In this document: positions 60,465 through 64,000 of the stretch, one piece after another | How positions within the stretch are numbered: the first letter of the stretch is position 1 | Layout of the letters: each line of letters starts with the position of its first letter | Assembly (NCBI GenBank): GCA_031409335.1 | Contig: JANNWY010000196.1 | Location: forward strand, 1-64,000 | Source of the DNA: Chthoniobacteraceae bacterium | GTDB lineage: Bacteria > Verrucomicrobiota > Verrucomicrobiia > Chthoniobacterales > Chthoniobacteraceae | Direction: 5' to 3' | Length of the DNA stretch: 64,000 nt | Program-made: the position numbers and the translations under genes | The notes under the pieces: model-generated | The model's input: only the letters and a program-made list of their open reading frames with translations | Database searches by the model: none | Told to the model about the DNA's origin: nothing

Positions 60465-61586
60465 ATGTCCATCGAGCACACCGACCCGATCAATTCGCAA
60501 ATCCTCGCCGTCTCCGAGGACCAGATTCAGGGCTTCGTCCGTGAGCCATTCGTCGAGATCGCCGAAAAATGCGGGCTGCCGCTGGCGACCGTGCTCGATC
60601 GCATCAAGACGATGCTCGCCGCTGGCACGATCCGCCGCGTGCGGCAGACGCTCGTCGCGAGCAATCTCGCCGAAGGCGCGCTGGTCGCGTGGACCGTGCC
60701 GGAGGATCGGCTGAATGGGGCGTTCGACTTCATGTTTCAAAAGGATCCGTTCAGCGGCCACGTCGTCGTGCGCTCGACGGATCAGCAGACGACCGGCTCC
60801 GAGTTCCGGCTGTGGACCACGCTGAAAGTGCCGGTCGGTCAATCGATGGAGGAACATTGCCGCGTGCTCATGCGCCACACCGGCTGCGAAAAATTCAAGC
60901 TGATGCCCGCGCGCGGCATTTTCGCGCTCGGGGTCGGTCATGTGCGGCGGAAAACGATCGAGCCGGGTGACAAAGTGGAGAGTCCCGCGCAGATGATCAA
61001 AGTGGGCGTCGTCCAGCTCAACGATCTCGAATGGGAAATCCTCCTCGCCTTGAAACGAGAACTCACGCTCGACGAAATCCGCACCGGCCTCTGGGCGACG
61101 CGCGCCGCCGAGGCTGGCGTTGATTTGGAAACATTCTGCCGCGTCGCCGAAGATTTGAATGCGCGCAAAGTCATCGGGCGTTTTTCCACTTTTCTGGAGC
61201 ACGTGAAGCCGAGCGCCACCGGCCAGCGCGTCACGCGTTTCAATGCGCTCTTTCACTGGCGCGTGCCCGCCGGGCGCGAAGTGGAAGCCGGCAGCCAGGT
61301 CGGACGCCACGAAATTTTGACGCACTGCTACTGGCGCGAAGGCGGTCCGGATTTTAACAACGTGAACATCATGGCGGTCTGCCACGGCACCGAGAAAGAG
61401 CGCGTCTTCGCGCACAAAGCCGCAATCAACGCGCACCTCGCCAGCATCGGCATTCCGGTCACCTACACGAACGTCTTCTGGGGTGGCCGCAGCGAAATCA
61501 AGCCGAGCGAAATCTCGCCGAAAGTGCATCGCGAATGGCTCGCCAAGATGGATGCGGGCGAGCCCGCCGTCGTGTCGGCGGAATGA
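60465..61586 (+). CDS. Duplicated Lrp/AsnC-like protein, probable fused siroheme decarboxylase (AhbA/B or NirDL type)
   Basis: Two HTH+RAM halves: EPFVEIAE...GTIRRV...ALVAW.VP and NALFHWRVP...THCYWR...NIMAVCHG. Confidence 0.7.
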   Translation: MSIEHTDPINSQILAVSEDQIQGFVREPFVEIAEKCGLPLATVLDRIKTMLAAGTIRRVRQTLVASNLAEGALVAWTVPEDRLNGAFDFMFQKDPFSGHVVVRSTDQQTTGSEFRLWTTLKVPVGQSMEEHCRVLMRHTGCEKFKLMPARGIFALGVGHVRRKTIEPGDKVESPAQMIKVGVVQLNDLEWEILLALKRELTLDEIRTGLWATRAAEAGVDLETFCRVAEDLNARKVIGRFSTFLEHVKPSATGQRVTRFNALFHWRVPAGREVEAGSQVGRHEILTHCYWREGGPDFNNVNIMAVCHGTEKERVFAHKAAINAHLASIGIPVTYTNVFWGGRSEIKPSEISPKVHREWLAKMDAGEPAVVSAE

Positions 61587-61658
61587 TTGCGCCTTCGATT
61601 TTCACTGAAAGGTGGTAGCTATTGGCACAGCGATTTTCACTCAAACGCCGTCCCACCT

Positions 61659-62999
61659 ATGCTGAACCAACCCATCTCTCGTCGCACCGTCCTTCGCGGA
61701 CTCGGCACCATGATCGCGCTGCCGTGGCTGGAAGGAATGGGGAACGTCAGCGCGTGGGCTGCGGGTGCCGCGCAGGGAAAGACCGCGCCGAATCGCATGG
61801 CATTCGTCTATGTGCCAAATGGCAAGGACATGGCGCAATGGACGCCCAAGCTCGCGGGCGATAAATTCGAGATGCCCGAGCTTTTGCAGCCGCTCGCGCC
61901 TTTCCAAAAAGACCTGCTCGTGCTCACCGGCCTCGCCGCCGACAAAGCGCGACCGCACAGCGACGGCGCGGGCGATCACGCGCGGGCGATGGCCGCATTC
62001 CTCACCGGCGCGCAGCCGCGCAAGACCGATGGCGCCGACATTCGCTGCGGGACTTCGGTGGATCAGCTCGCCGCCGCGCGCGTGGCGGATCAGACGCATT
62101 TGGATTCGCTCGAGCTGGGTTGCGAGGGCGGGAATATGGCGGGCGGCTGCGACAGTGGCTATTCGTGCGTGTATTCGAGCACCGTCTCGTGGCGCTCGGC
62201 GACGCAGCCGATTCCGAAGGAGACGAATCCGAAGCTGGTTTTTGAGCGGCTCTTTGGCAGTCAGGATAATGTCGAGCGCGTCCGCCGGGCGGCGTCGCGC
62301 AAGAGCGTGCTGGATTACATCCGCGAGGACGCGAAGACGTTTAACACGAAGCTCGGACGCGCCGATCAGCAGAAGATGGACGAGTATTTCACGAGCATCC
62401 GCGACATCGAGCAGCGCATCGCCCGGAATGCCGCGCTCGCGCCGATCCAGCCACCCGCGAGTTTCCCCGTGCCGAAAGGCATCCCGGATAACTACGAGGC
62501 GCACATCCGCCTCATGTGCGATCTGATGGCGCTCGCATTCCAGATCGACGCCACGCGGGTCTGCACGCTGGTTTTTGCGAATGAAGGCAGCAACAAAGCC
62601 TACCCGTGGATCGGCGTGAACGAGGGTCACCACGAGCTTTCGCATCACGGCAATGACGCGGGGAAAATCGCGAAAATCCGCTCGATCAATTTGTTTCACA
62701 CGAAGCAGTTCGCCTATCTGCTGGAGAAGCTGAAGAGCGTGCGCGAGGGCAACGGCACGCTGCTCGATCACAGCATGATCGTGTACGGCAGCGGCAATTC
62801 CGATGGCAACCGCCACAATCACGACGACCTCCCCGTGCTCCTCGCCGGACGCGGCGGCGGCACGATCAAGACCGGACGGCATGTGAAGCTGAATGGCGAA
62901 ACGCCGATCTCGAATCTGTGGGTCTCCATGCTCGAACGCATCGACGTGCGCGCCCCGGTCGGCGACAGCACCGGGCCGCTTTCGGTGCTGAACGGGTAA
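61659..62999 (+). CDS. DUF1552 domain-containing protein (Tat-like leader)
   Basis: ISRRTVLRGLG..IALPWLE; YVPNG; SVDQ; SLELG; FERLFG; RKSVLD; HHELSHH; DGNRHNH. Confidence 0.9.
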   Translation: MLNQPISRRTVLRGLGTMIALPWLEGMGNVSAWAAGAAQGKTAPNRMAFVYVPNGKDMAQWTPKLAGDKFEMPELLQPLAPFQKDLLVLTGLAADKARPHSDGAGDHARAMAAFLTGAQPRKTDGADIRCGTSVDQLAAARVADQTHLDSLELGCEGGNMAGGCDSGYSCVYSSTVSWRSATQPIPKETNPKLVFERLFGSQDNVERVRRAASRKSVLDYIREDAKTFNTKLGRADQQKMDEYFTSIRDIEQRIARNAALAPIQPPASFPVPKGIPDNYEAHIRLMCDLMALAFQIDATRVCTLVFANEGSNKAYPWIGVNEGHHELSHHGNDAGKIAKIRSINLFHTKQFAYLLEKLKSVREGNGTLLDHSMIVYGSGNSDGNRHNHDDLPVLLAGRGGGTIKTGRHVKLNGETPISNLWVSMLERIDVRAPVGDSTGPLSVLNG

Positions 63000-63139
63000 G
63001 GTGGGGAGCGAGCCGCGGGACTCCGCTCTGTTGCGCAAGGCTGGCCAGTTCCGTGGCGACTCGCATAATAGTGCTCCCTCACGTCTGGTTGTCACCGAGC
63101 GCGTGACATTTTACGGGCCACCGGCCAAGACTCAGCGGA

Positions 63140-64000
63140 ATGAAAGTTCTCGTGATCGGCAGCGGCGGGCGTGAGCACGCGCTTGTCTGGAAACTGAAAA
63201 AGTCGCCGCGCGTTTCCGCGATTTTTTGTGCGCCGGGAAATGCGGGGATCGCGCGGATTGCGACGTGCGTGTCGGTCAAAGTGACCGATCACGACGGGTT
63301 GCTGAAATTCGCGCGCGATGAGGAAATCGGGCTCACGGTGGTCGGGCCGGATGATGTGCTCGCGGCGGGGATCGTCGATCTTTTCGAGGCGAATGGGCTG
63401 CGCATTTTCGGGCCGACGAAAGCGGCGGCGCGGCTCGAATCGTCGAAGGTTTTTGCGAAGGAATTTATGCAGCGGCATGGGTTGCCGACGGCGCGCTCGG
63501 GGAATTTTTCGGACAGCGACGAGGCGCGGAAATTTGTGCGCGGGATGGCGTTTCCCGTTGTGGTGAAGGCGGACGGCCTGGCGCTGGGGAAGGGCGTGAT
63601 CATCGCGCAGGATTTGGCGGAGGCCGACGCGGCGATCGGCGACATCATGGATGCGCGGAAGTTTGGCGACGCGGGTGCGCGCGTGGTGATCGAGGAATTT
63701 CTCTCGGGCGAAGAGTGCTCGATCCATGCGCTGGTCGATGGCGCGAGTTACCTGCTTTTCCCCGGCGCGCAGGATCACAAACGCGCGCTCGACGGCGATC
63801 TCGGGCCGAACACCGGCGGGATGGGCACGTTCAGTCCGCCCGCGAAATTGCTCACGCCGGAAATGGAAACGCGGGTGCGGCGCGAGATTCTCGATCCGTT
63901 TATCGCCGGGCTCGCGAAGGATGGCATTCGTTATCACGGGATGCTTTTTCCCGGACTGATGATCGACGCGGAAGGGCCGAAGTTGCTCGAGTTCAACTGC
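63140..64000 (+). CDS. purD: Phosphoribosylamine-glycine ligase (runs off window end)
   Basis: MKVLVIGSGGREHAL; APGNAG; LESSKVFAK; VKADGLALGKGV; QDHKRALDGDLGPNTGGMG; LEFNC. Absent from the ORF track because no stop lies in the window. Confidence 0.97.
   Translation, partial: MKVLVIGSGGREHALVWKLKKSPRVSAIFCAPGNAGIARIATCVSVKVTDHDGLLKFARDEEIGLTVVGPDDVLAAGIVDLFEANGLRIFGPTKAAARLESSKVFAKEFMQRHGLPTARSGNFSDSDEARKFVRGMAFPVVVKADGLALGKGVIIAQDLAEADAAIGDIMDARKFGDAGARVVIEEFLSGEECSIHALVDGASYLLFPGAQDHKRALDGDLGPNTGGMGTFSPPAKLLTPEMETRVRREILDPFIAGLAKDGIRYHGMLFPGLMIDAEGPKLLEFNC

Noticed and set aside
61623..61640. Sigma-54 promoter (TGGCAC)
   Set aside because: The -12 TTGC element is absent at the required spacing.
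63000..63139. Purine/ZTP riboswitch upstream of purD
   Set aside because: Imperfect hairpins exist (GTGGGGAGC...GCTCCCTCAC; TGTCAC...GTGACA), but I could not match a riboswitch consensus. An Rfam/Infernal scan would decide.

Overview
GC-rich bacterial chromosomal window with no rRNA, tRNA, CRISPR array or prophage seen. The gene content points to Verrucomicrobiota (inference from PEP-CTERM proteins, a prepilin/H-X9-DG protein, DUF1552, a PVC-type cytochrome c protein and a Ser/Thr kinase-ECF sigma pair). Housekeeping genes are mlaF/mlaD-like, mfd, accB, accC, purD, puuD and an AhbAB/NirDL-like gene. They are interleaved with several accessory blocks. (1) A secreted trio: fibre-like protein, split M23 peptidase and a small anchor-like protein. 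(2) A kinase/ECF module whose small secreted neighbour resembles the kinase's own C-terminal tail. (3) A vWA plus two-component cassette, an ABC exporter and an astacin/beta-helix protease. (4) A partly decayed putative metal-scavenging operon: twin ATGCAA-N5-TTGCAT boxes, an amber-interrupted prepilin gene, three His-motif choice-of-anchor M proteins, a dead IS110-like domain and a ZnuA/TroA-like remnant. (5) A decayed Hen1-Pnkp RNA repair operon with an intact AAA ATPase inside it. (6) A B-box/GYF-extended MoxR-DUF58-DUF4350-DUF4129-SpoIIM-RDD cluster. Several families of palindromic and heptamer repeats occur, and three of them sit in-frame inside mfd. All family calls come from motif recognition by eye; no searches were run.
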